Sequence record: MH494197.1
DNA length: 64,000 nucleotides
Direction: 5' to 3' (one strand)
The notes below the pieces were generated by a model. That model did no database searches, was not told where the DNA came from, and saw nothing but the letters and a program-made list of their open reading frames with translations. The translations under genes were made by a program, and so were the position numbers. Positions 1-10,438 of the stretch are shown here, one piece after another. Each line of letters begins with the position of its first letter. Position 1 is the stretch's first letter.

Positions 1-271
1 TGAGATAGTTTGCAAGTACTTTCTACAAATACTTTTAAAATAGTTTTCAGTACTCAATACTCATATAATAGATACACTTATGCACCCTGTGGGCTAGTGA
101 GCTATCTCTCAATGAATATATAATAGCAAAATGGCTGACCGAGTCAACCACTTTTTCATTTATTTTAGCTTTTAGAATCGCCGCCTTTCGCGTCATGCCT
201 TGCTTGATGTATTCTGTACTTTCGCTTTACGTGCATTCGCTTTATTTGCTTTCGTAAACGCCGAACAACTT

Positions 272-529
272 TTATAGTTTAAACCTGTTGGATTCATTTA
301 AATCACCATAAAGAATAGATAGGTTACTAACAACGCCGCGATCAATGCACCGACCGAACTGTAATAAGCTAATGATCTCATTTTTAGCCTGAAAATAATG
401 TTTAATTTGAGCGGCGGTCAGTGCACAATTACGCAGGAAGTTTTCTGTATAACTTTTGCGAGTACTGAAAGAGAATTGACCTTTGCTGCTGCCGATAGTA
501 ACATCAAACCGAGCGTTGTATTGTTTCAT
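272..529 (-). CDS. Hypothetical early protein (MKQYNARFDV..., ~85 aa)
   Basis: The ATG at 529 lies just downstream of cassette 549-610. The ORF-track start at 580 runs through the promoter hairpin. Confidence 0.7.
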   Translation of the reverse strand: MKQYNARFDVTIGSSKGQFSFSTRKSYTENFLRNCALTAAQIKHYFQAKNEIISLLQFGRCIDRGVVSNLSILYGDLNESNRFKL

Positions 530-1691
530 TTTGTTTCTCCTGTTATTGGGGAGAATCATTTCTCCCTTCATGTAAAACATTATACAGTACTAAAACTAAT
601 TGCAAGTACTATTTTTAGATTTACGCAAACTTTCTACCATCTCAGGAGTAAGGTCTGCGGGTAGGAAACTACTTCATCAACGAAACGTAAAGGAATACCC
701 CAGCGAAAGGTGAACGTGCTTTCTTAGTATTACTCTTTTTGATGCTTTCATTTCATATTCTTAATTAGTGGGGAGAATCATTTCTCCCTTCATGTAAAAC
801 ATTATACGCGTTTAAAACTAATTGCAAGTACTATTTGAAAGTAAATGCTCATACGCTACATTAACTACGTTTTCAATAACCGACTGTACAGAAAGATCCC
901 CACTTCCGGCTATAGTAGAAATCGCTTACAGTAGTGTCATCGTATGCAAATACTTTACCGTGACTGCATCAATCACATACATATTAACCTTTAAGATGTC
1001 GATCTTATCCTGTACAGTAAGCATATTAATTAACCTTTTAAGTACTGACTTAAGTAATCTTGTTGATCTTCGGTGATTGCAGCCATCTTCCCTAGTACTG
1101 GATTAATGATATAATCCCTGTAACGTCCTGTAACGCATTCTCAGGCGGTTTAACGGCTGGGGTAGCCATAGCCATTGCCGACTTGTTCGACGCTGTAACG
1201 CTCATAAAGGCGGCATTCTTCCGGTGTTAACATAGCATCAATGCGTTTCATTGGTTTAATGATGCTTTCGATCTCATTCAGTACTTGATTAACGTTCATG
1301 GTATAATCCCAATATAAGCGGCCTAAATCGACCGCTAACGATGTTTTGATTAATAGGTGTATGGTTGACGTTCAAACAATGATTGCACGTTGTACGCCCC
1401 GCTTATGGGCTTTGCTGGTAAATCAATTTTATATTGTTCACGCTTAAAGATAATAAAACGGCAATTGTTTTAACATCAAAATTGATTGAACGTTCCGAGT
1501 TTACCATCGTGCACAAATACAAGATAACCGCTCGCTACTTGTTTTGTAGTACTGGTTGCAACCATAGACCGCCGAACATGTGTACCTGCGTCGATTAAAG
1601 TACTGATATTTTTCATTTTACTATCCTCTTAAGTTGATTTAATTTCTTTCCCTATGCAGACACTGTACCAAAGTATCTGCATAAAGTAAAG

Positions 1692-2013
1692 CTAATTAAA
1701 GATCTTTTTACGTTTTACATCCTGTACAGTACAATGCAACGGGATAGACAAATCATTGCACAAACGATAGAGGGAGGTTTCATCAGTATTAAGCCCGTCT
1801 ACTGATTCCTTTAAGAGAGATAACGCCGTTTGTTGGTATGCATCTTCATAGCCATAAGTAAATGATTCAACCGCCAGATCATTCAAGCCGTTATCCAGTT
1901 CGACGCTTACATGACAAGAATGATGTATTGCCATATGAATCAGACCAACGTTTACCGTCAACATTGATTGCACGGATTGCAGCCGAAACGGTGTTAATGA
2001 TAGTTTTAGCCAT
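1692..2013 (-). CDS. Hypothetical early protein (MAKTIINT...KKIFN), one frameshift
   Basis: Promoter TTGACA-17-CATAAT at 2057-2085 and ATG at 2013; joins to ORF 1692-1973. Confidence 0.55.
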
Positions 2014-2338
2014 TTTAGTATTCCTTAAATTAATATGTGTCGTCTTGATAAAATCTATTATGCCAGTACTATCAAACTATGTCAATAGTACTGTGATAAT
2101 ATTTTTACTTACTTTTTGCTTTCTTTATTGCTTCCACCGGTCGGCCCATTCTTTACCCCATACTTGTAAATTATAATGGTACTGGCAAAGTGCAACGCCC
2201 CGCTTTAAACCAGTAATAGATTTTTACCACATTGACAAGTTTTCATTTTAGTTTCCTTGTAGTGGGAGAACCATTTTCCCCTTGATGTAATGTATTATAC
2301 TTTATTCGATTTACTTTGCAAGTACTTTTTAATTTAAT

Positions 2339-2551
2339 TCATCCGTAAAGGATACGCTCAACGCCCAAATCAGTTAAACTAATCGACGGCACTTGATAGG
2401 TTTCAATGTATGCTACACTTGCCCACTGACCGAACTCATTAACGGCCGTATTCATTGCATTTTGCAATTCCACACCTTCCTTGTTGGTAATGACTGCAAC
2501 TACTTGTTCGTTGCCAGTAGTACCAGATACGCGAGTAATGATAATAGCCAT
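2339..2551 (-). CDS. Hypothetical early protein (70 aa)
   Basis: Intact ORF directly behind promoter 2574-2612. Confidence 0.75.
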   Translation of the reverse strand: MAIIITRVSGTTGNEQVVAVITNKEGVELQNAMNTAVNEFGQWASVAYIETYQVPSISLTDLGVERILYG

Positions 2552-2987
2552 TTTTTAATTCCTATTCAGTAGTTGATGTATGTATTATGCCAGTACTTAA
2601 AACTATTGTCAAACTATTTTTAAAGTTTATCAATGATTGATGCCGTTTCATTGATAGTCTTGCCGTGTTTTGCACACGCGATAACTGCTTTAAATTCCTT
2701 TGATGACCAATCTTTCTTACTGCATACTGACATTACTTGTAAAGTAAAACAATCCAGTTCATAAGTATTCATCTTTATATCCTCAGTTAGTTAAGGTGTC
2801 TGCCTTGATGTAATTAATTATACGCTAATCTCTTAATCGTGCAAGTACTTTTATTACTTTTTGCAAAATACTTTAAACGCTCTCAATCGCATTACAACGA
2901 CCTTAACGCCACCAGCTAGGCAATGCATCAGATAATCAGTTTAAAGCGTTAGAATCGTTTCTAGGCGGTGCTGGTGGCGTAAACGAT

Positions 2988-3015
2988 AAAAAAAGCCCAC
3001 CGTTTAAGGTGGGCT
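2988..3015 (-). terminator. Rho-independent terminator
   Basis: Minus strand AGCCCACC-TTAAAC-GGTGGGCT followed by a T7 tract, just after the stop at 3028. Confidence 0.85.
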
Positions 3016-3027
3016 AGTGATTCAGTT

Positions 3028-3494
3028 TTATGCTTCAACTTTGCGATGAGCTTCGATCCATTCCTCGCGAGTCATACCACTGGAGTTAATCGCGTCCAGT
3101 ACTACCGCAATGCAGTTACCACGCACCGGAATCAGATATTCTTCCCGTTGTACTACCGCTACGCGTTCCTGAATCCATTTTTGGCTTTTACTTCTGGCTT
3201 GTCTTCCCATACTTAACCGCCGTGGCTTTTGTGCCATCTCTGTAACTACTTCCAGATCCAACTACTGCCGCCTGAATACTTTCGATTGTTGCTTGTAGTT
3301 CTGCTTCACGGGCCGCCTTTGCCGCTTCAATTTCTGCCGCTTTATTTGCTTGTAGTTCTTTCGCAGTACTGTAAGCGATGTTAAAATTATTGCGTACCGC
3401 TTTCATGGTATCGTTATCCAGTTCAGCCGGATCTCAGCCGCGACGTTAGTTTCATTTGCACCAGTGCTTTGATGAATGATTTTACATTAGCCAT
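3028..3494 (-). CDS. H-NS/StpA-like protein (~155 aa, frameshifted in this sequence)
   Basis: Re-joined frames give MANVKSFIKALGANETNVAAEIRAELDNDTMKAVRNNF...AREAELQATIESIQAA-LDLEVV...EEYLIPVRGNCIAVVLDAINSSGMTREEWI. By eye this aligns with the H-NS coiled-coil (KLQQYREMLIADGIDPNEL) and C-terminal domain ([32 protein letters not shown]). It has its own promoter (3604-3646) and terminator. Confidence 0.55.
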
Positions 3495-3979
3495 TTTATA
3501 AATCCTCAATTAAAGTTTAGTTTACGTTTATTAGTGTATCAAAGTTTTCTGACGTGTCCAGTTTTTCGTTCGACTTACTGGCGGTCTACTTAGTGCTCCC
3601 CGTCTTGATGTAATACATTCTACGCCTTTTTGCGGTAATGTCAACTACTTTCTTAAAACTATTTTCAAAGTATCTCAGTACTACGATACTACAAAACAAA
3701 AAGCCCACCCGTGGGCTGTATTAATCAGTAAGTAAAATATTAAACACTTTACCATTTAACGTTATTGGTGCACTGCTACCGTGCTCAAGATCCGTTAGTA
3801 TACCTGCAATCGCTTTATCATTGGCGACCTTTCCAGTGTCCAACAGTACGACAGTACTGATAAGATTAACGCTCGTTTCAATATCATAATGCACGGCGTT
3901 AAGGAGTTGTGTATACTGCTTTCGTTAAGTAAAACTATTCGTGCTGTCATGATGTACCCGTAGTATCTATCAACGGCAA

Positions 3980-4267
3980 TTAATAACGCCGGAATGCGTT
4001 ACTTTCAGTATCCATAACAGTGACCGAACCGCGTTTAGTACTTGCATCGTAATAAATTGTCGTGCTACCTTTTTCGTCTTCTTCATGGAACGGCCCGTTT
4101 TTAAATGCTTCTGGCTGGATCTCTAAATCCTTTAAAACAATCTCGCCAGTACTTTCATTGGTCATCGCTACAGTGCACTGAATGAATTTTTCACTACTTA
4201 CATCTAACGACGCATTAACAGCGAAAGAGGAAACAGATAAAGCCGTGGCGATGATTGCAATTTTCAT
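3980..4267 (-). CDS. Small secreted/periplasmic protein
   Basis: Signal peptide MKIAIIATALSVSSFAVNA; sits behind cassette 4286-4343. Confidence 0.75.
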   Translation of the reverse strand: MKIAIIATALSVSSFAVNASLDVSSEKFIQCTVAMTNESTGEIVLKDLEIQPEAFKNGPFHEEDEKGSTTIYYDASTKRGSVTVMDTESNAFRRY

Positions 4268-4677
4268 TTGATTATCCTTAGTTACGGGAACCGCTCTTGC
4301 GATGTAAAATATTATACAGTACTAAAAACTATTATCAAGTACTTTATGATTTTTATAAAACATTTCAGCAGTGATATTTTACCCGTTGGCTGTACTTTAT
4401 CCAGAATTTTTGATGTCCGGCCGTCCAAATGAATATGATCCGTAAACCGTAAACCAGTAGTTACCCTCAGTGTTTACATGTACAGCATAATAGGGAACGC
4501 CCGCGATTCATCACTAGTAAAGTGTGCTACCGTTCCGTTACATTCGCAGACGTTGATTTGATTTGTTCAAGCATTTTATTATTCCTTAGTTACCGTGGGA
4601 ACTGCTCCTATGCAAAACATTATACGCGTTTAAAACTAATTGCAAGTATTTTAATAAAAGTATTTGAAAAATAGTTG

Positions 4678-4706
4678 TTGACAAGTGCATCCAGTACTGG
4701 CATAAT
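4678..4706 (+). promoter_or_regulatory. Plus-strand sigma70 promoter with no downstream ORF
   Basis: TTGACA-17-CATAAT followed by TACTACATCAAG, the same start motif as the minus-strand cassettes. Confidence 0.75.
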
Positions 4707-5443
4707 TACTACATCAAGACGAAACAGTCACTAACCCACCGGGTGCATAGATCCGTCTATTAAATGATTCAGTACTGAAAAGTAACGGGAGTTATTATCT
4801 CCCCGTTGTTATTTTGTGGTATAAACAGAAGTCGCCTTTATTTGCTACGCCGCCAGTGTAACGCGAGGAATAGTCACCCGACTTCTGCTATTACCAGTGT
4901 ATCATCATTCAATTCGCGCAAACGGCTGGATCTTGTACGCCGATTTTGTCGGCATGTTCCCGCATAGATTTAACCAGTGCTTCCAGTTGGGAAAGAGTAG
5001 TGATATTAGCCATTGTATTTTCTCATTACCGTGGAGAACCATTTCTCCCTTTGATGTAAAACATTATACAGTACTGAAAACTAATTGCAAGTACTTTTTA
5101 ATATTGTTTGTCGTCGTCTTCCTCGATGAATTGACCGACGAAATGATCTACTTTCGCTTTGAGGCTTTTATAATCTTCTTCTACTTCCTTTAAACGTTCC
5201 GTAGTATTCCAGTGCCTCAACATATGCGGCCTCAGCCGTTTTCTCACGCATAGCTAAATTCATTCCACGCGTTTCATCAAATAGCCAAAACCATCGGTGC
5301 ATTCACTGATAGACAATGATTTGTTTAACACATTGTACTTTATTACTTTACTCATTAGATAACCTCAGTAAAGGCGGGAACTATTACCCGCCTCGATGTA
5401 AAGTATTATACGCTTTTAAACTTAGTTTGCAAGTACTTTTAAA

Positions 5444-6034
5444 TTAATATTCGATTGATTCTACTACGCCATCAATAACATTGAATTGATACTCGTTTCA
5501 ATCAGTGCCGTAATGTTTTCCAGTAGTGAATTGATCCTCATATGCATTCTCTAAATCACGGTACAACTTGCGGGACAATTCACGAATAGTGTCAGTGAGT
5601 AGTTCCTCAAGCTCATTAACTAACGTTTTTGTTTTGCGGTTAAATCCAGTGTAAGCCGATTCAATGTACCCGCTTACAGTATTCTTGAGTAGTGGGAGTG
5701 CGAACGCTTTACACTCATCGCCAAACCATCTTCATTCAGCAAGTGACGGATTGAGCGATTAGTTAATGCTTTACCTTGCGTAAAACTTCACTGCGTCAAC
5801 GTGGTCAGTACTGATTGATGCACCGTCCCCGGGACCAAAAGCCACTGAATCGTAAATCAGCGTCATTAATGCCATATTCCGGTAGTACTGTTTCAGTATT
5901 CATTTCACTTTCAGAAAAATAATCATCGTTTAAGTTTTTTCACGTTCCCGAACCAGTTCGATAGCTGACGTTTGTTGTTCTGCGTTCAATTCAGAAAAAT
6001 CCATAACGAAAGTAGTAGTAGTGATAGTTTTCAT
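5444..6034 (-). CDS. Hypothetical protein (~195 aa, contains FSGFWSRGDGAS), frameshifted
   Basis: Starts MKTITTTTFVMDFSELNAEQQ behind the promoter at ~6054-6090 and ends VVESIEY*. Not in the ORF track because of indels. Confidence 0.55.
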
Positions 6035-6241
6035 TTTGTAACCCTCATTCAGTAGTTGATGTAAGTATTATACGCTTTAAAAACGTCAAACTATTTTATC
6101 AGGGAGTTTTGTGCCTATTCCTCGGCTACTTAACGGAAGTTACTTATTTGTTCCCCGTCCTGATGTAAAACATTATACGCCTTTAAACATAGTTTGCAAG
6201 TACTTTTAAAAATAGTTTTCAGTACTGAATATTAAAAAGTA

Positions 6242-6401
6242 TTGACAGCATTATCAGTACTAATATAATTCCCATGACAACAGCTAACCCACGGTGCAAT
6301 TGTAACTGTAATAAACTTTTTCTAGATACACTTCCGCACCCTATGGGCTACGGCTTATCTGCCAATGAATACATTATGCCAGTACTGACAAAATAAGTCA
6401 A
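6242..6401. promoter_or_regulatory. Convergent promoter pair enclosing ~100 bp of non-coding DNA
   Basis: Plus TTGACA(6242)-16-TATAAT(6264); minus TTGACT(6401)-17-CATAAT(6373). Confidence 0.7.
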
Positions 6402-6750
6402 TACCGGCAATTGTAAAGATTTGTAAACTGCTTATACTGCAATCGCGTCCGTGCTATAATAATAATAAGTGCTATGGTGTGACTTACCTTTTATTTCAGT
6501 ACTGAATGAATCCGAACGATTTGCATATGATGTTAATTTAAAGTACTTTGATTTGTTGATACGTTACACCACAGATCCGCGTAAGTAGTTTTATTAGTGG
6601 TAGTATCTTTACGGTTTTAACTTCAGTCATATACATATTAGTCATTTTTATTACTCCGAGTTATAGGGGAACTATTCCCGCTCTCGATGTAAAACATTAT
6701 ACGCTTTTAAACTTAGTTTGCAAGTACTTTTATTCAAGTACTGCAATCTT

Positions 6751-6975
6751 TTAGTACGGTACACGGTCACGCGGTTGCTTTCGGTCGAGCTTTATTTCTA
6801 CCACTCGACGCGATACACTATCAGGACTTTTCAACGCCGCTAACCAGTACTGTAATGATCTGGCTGTACTACGCTTTACAATGGCCCAACGTTTACCACG
6901 TTCCGATTGTACGCCCATATCTTTAAACGTTGCCCGTCCGGCGTGCTGCGATCCGAGCTTGTTCACGCGTCGCAA
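6751..6975 (-). CDS. Small basic hypothetical protein
   Basis: Arg/Lys-rich ORF; the true start is probably slightly upstream (indel). Confidence 0.55.
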   Translation of the reverse strand: MRRVNKLGSQHAGRATFKDMGVQSERGKRWAIVKRSTARSLQYWLAALKSPDSVSRRVVEIKLDRKQPRDRVPY

Positions 6976-7829
6976 AATACTTAATATTCATGTTGTTCTT
7001 ATCGTTGGTGTATGAATAAACACTATTATAAAGTACTATCATCGTGCAATAGTACTTTAAATCTATTCTATTACATTCCAACCATTGCAGCACGGATCGA
7101 TAGTGCTATATTTGAATCCGTCCGGTGTTTTTCTTGTCCAGTCTGTTCTAAAAAATAACATCATATGACGGGCCGCATCATTGCGATTAGTGCTATCGTT
7201 AATAAAGTCCCAACTGGTATAATGATTCATCGTTATTAATCCAAAGGCTTACATTCCAATGAGTTTTGTTTTTGTGACCTAAGAACATTTTGATTTAGCC
7301 ATTTTTAATCTTATATAGTGGGGAACTATTTCACCCTGATGTAAAACATTATACGCTTTTAAACTTAGTTTGCAACTTTATTAAACTTATTTGTAATTTT
7401 GCACTGTCAGCCCATACTGTGAAACGATGCATATTATCCCATGCATCTTGTTTTAAATTTAAACTGTGCAATTCCTCAGTAGTTGCTATCCCCATTGGCT
7501 TACTACACACCGCGAAATTTTTCTCCATGTACTGATAAACCATCGTTAAATCATTTGAGATCATTACATGGATCATTGAATCAGCTATGAAGTAGCGTAT
7601 TGTTCACGCACGGCAACGGTTCCCGATAAGCTGTAAATGTGAATTTTACAGTTTCAGCCGGAAGACCTTTCATTTCACGGAAGTTAACCGTGTTAAGCAT
7701 GATTTTATTGATTTGAGTCGCCATCGTTTTAATCTCTTAATGTAGCGGGAAGTGTTCCTGCCTCGATGTAAAACATTATACGCTTTTATCAGTATGCAAG
7801 TACTTTCTACAAATACTTTTAAAATAGTT

Positions 7830-8700
7830 TTCTCTATATAGGGAACTATTATTCAGTACTGCAACCATCCGTGGGAACTATCTTTCTATAGTAGTACTAT
7901 TATTCAGTACTGAATCAATCCACCAAATCATCCTGATACCCGTAAAACGGCCTCAGACGCATTCTAACGCATTAATACACCTAAGCTATACATTTGCACC
8001 ATTCCAATCTTGGCTGGGCCGTTTAAACGCGTTAAATTATTTTCAATTATTTTGTTTTAGCTATTGACTCAGTACTAAAAAGCGTATAATTACACATAGA
8101 CGCGAGAAAGGAAACCAGAGGGTGCGGAATTACGCCCAAAATTCAAGATATAAAAAAAGGATACACCGCACCCTAGCAGGTTAACGCACTTTCTAGTACT
8201 GAAATATAGTAACATAGTCCGCTGATAGCAAGCAATTAAAACTTTTTCATCCGGTATTGCTTTATTTTTCCAGTACTGTATAATAGTTCCATCGTCGAGA
8301 AAGACTCAGCCCACCGTATAGTTACGCCCAAAATTCAGTACTGAAAATTTTAAAAATATCCGTCCGTGCGCGTTGTTCCCCCAGTTTATAAGATAATGAT
8401 TCCAGACTCCAGAACGGTTCATCCCACGCGGTAGGGGAACTATTGGAAAACAAAATAAAATTTTGATTTAGCCGTCTATACTTCCAGACGTGTAACCATC
8501 TAGCCGTTTAGCTGTCCAAACGTCAGCCATCCAGCCATCCAGAAATCTAGCCGTTTAGCCGTCCAGATGGATAGCCATTTCCAGACTTCTGAGGGCTAGA
8601 CATATCTACGTCCAAAATCCATCCGTGGTAACTACGCCCAAAATCCGTCAGTACTATACCATAGATCATCTTTGGAGTATTCAGTACTGCCATCAGCCCC
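7830..8700. repeat. Non-coding repeat cluster (candidate origin or terminal-repeat boundary)
   Basis: Four (T/C)TACG(C/T)CCAAAAT copies (8130, 8322, 8606, 8632), eight YAGCYRTY units at 8469-8580, GGGAACTAT repeats, plus-strand promoters at ~8064 and ~8257, and no ORF. Confidence 0.65.
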
Positions 8701-9816
8701 TCACATGTTACCCTAGGAGGATGAAGATCACCGCGGTACTGAATACTGTTAGAGGGAATCCACCAGCTTGGTGGTATAATCGTTTAGATTAAAATCAGTA
8801 CTGACACCATTCTGTTAATATCAGTACTGTTATTGATTTTCATATGAGGTTCAAAAAGATGTACCCACCACAGGAGGAACTATCTTTTCTGTACTGTCTC
8901 ACAGGAGGTAGAGTAAATGAATCGTTCGCAACTCATCTCTATGTAGAACATTATACAGTACTGAATCATAATGTCAATAGCTTTCTTTCATTATTCAGTA
9001 CTGATATTCTTGAGAACTACCCGACTACAAACATCATTATATCCCACAAATCATAAACGTCCCAACGTAAATTTCAACTTTCGAAGATCCAACTTTATTT
9101 CATAGGTACTCCAAAATTTTAGGATCGAGATTTAGGATGGAGTACTAACCAACTTTTGCTGAGCTCTGGATATTAAGGTGAAAGTAATAATTCAGTAATT
9201 AATCATTGGTGATTACTTTTGATTACATTTGATGTAATTTGCAAAATGGAAAAGGAGCTTGAAACTAGTACGGCAGACTTCCTCTGCCTACTAGGTGCTG
9301 GTTTCATCTATCGGAGGGAAATGGATTAACCTTAGCAATACGTAACTGAATACGTTCTTGATTAAACGTGCACATTCCTGTACTCTATTACACTCTAGTA
9401 CACTCTAGTACTCAATACTGATCACTACAATGATTATAAATGATTACTTAAATGTTTATATATGATTACTTATGACTACATATGATTAGGGTTTACTGGG
9501 AGAATCTAGTGATCGCATTTGTCCAGCTGAATTTTAACATATATAACATATGTTAAAGCCTGTCCAATGCTTCTGCGGAGCTTCTGTCTATATGTTGAAT
9601 TACTTCCTATATATAAGCATTAACATATAGTAGTACTGATTATGCTGTACATTCTCTTTAATATTATAAGGGTCTATAGCAATCTCGGTACATCTGTTAA
9701 ATGCATATCTATTAAATGCCAGTACTATTATAGATCTAATCCATGCTTGGTCAGTCGGTGGTAGTTTACTTATATAGTACTCTTTATAGTTTTTATGTTC
9801 TGCATAGTATACCTTA

Positions 9817-9996
9817 TTATTTCAAAGTACCATATAGTACTCTTAATAGGAAGTAGTACGTATTAGAGATATCATTACTAGTTAAAACAATCTTTGTACA
9901 CATATTAAATTCGTATTGAGTCATTGCTGGGATTAAATTGTTAACCCATGCTTGTTCGTTTTCTTTGAGTTTACTTATATAGAAGTCTTTATACAT
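9817..9996 (-). CDS. KEFY-family protein (MYKDFYISKLKENEQAW..., 59 aa)
   Basis: Hand-translated intact ORF, below the ORF-track length cutoff. Confidence 0.75.
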   Translation of the reverse strand: MYKDFYISKLKENEQAWVNNLIPAMTQYEFNMCTKIVLTSNDISNTYYFLLRVLYGTLK

Positions 9997-10228
9997 AGTA
10001 TTATCTCTATTAATATGATAGTACTAGTGTTAGTACTGAGCACAATTGTTCTTTATAGTTCTTAGGGTATATAGAATCTTTTATGCACTCATTGAAGTGC
10101 CATAGGTATAATCTTGGGTCGCATTCTTTATATATTTTACGCCATAGGTATATATCTTGGGTCGCATTCTTTATATATTTTTTACGGGGACGAATGTTAG
10201 TTTTCTTATATAGAAGTCTTTGTGTTCT

Positions 10229-10438
10229 TTATTCATATAGGAATAGTATACCTATGATGCCTGAGTACATGTTAGTACTGTTATTATTGGCGTTTGCGTT
10301 TAAAGTCATTTGAATACAATTGTTGTAGCATAATCTGCCGAAATATGTATCAGTACTTAAAGGTGCAGTAGTCCTTAGAAACATTTGTTCTGTGGGGCTG
10401 AGGTGTTTGGAGTAGAATTCTTTATGTTCATTATTCAT
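10229..10438 (-). CDS. KEFY-family protein
   Basis: MNNEHKEFYSKHL...YNNCIQ...YSGIIGILFLYE. Confidence 0.85.
   Translation of the reverse strand: MNNEHKEFYSKHLSPTEQMFLRTTAPLSTDTYFGRLCYNNCIQMTLNANANNNSTNMYSGIIGILFLYE

Larger units (their letters stand above)
549..7803 (-). promoter_or_regulatory. Repeated early promoter + 5' stem-loop cassette (about 14 copies)
   Basis: Minus-strand consensus AGTAC-TTG(C/A)(A/C)A-N15-17-TATAAT-GTTTTACATC(A/G)AG followed by a GGG(A/G)..CCC hairpin. Copies at about 549-610, 771-832, 2263-2326, 2574-2612, 2804-2849, 3604-3646, 4286-4343, 4597-4648, 5033-5095, 5373-5436, 6054-6090, 6135-6203, 6666-6728, 7320-7376 and 7746-7803. Confidence 0.9.
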
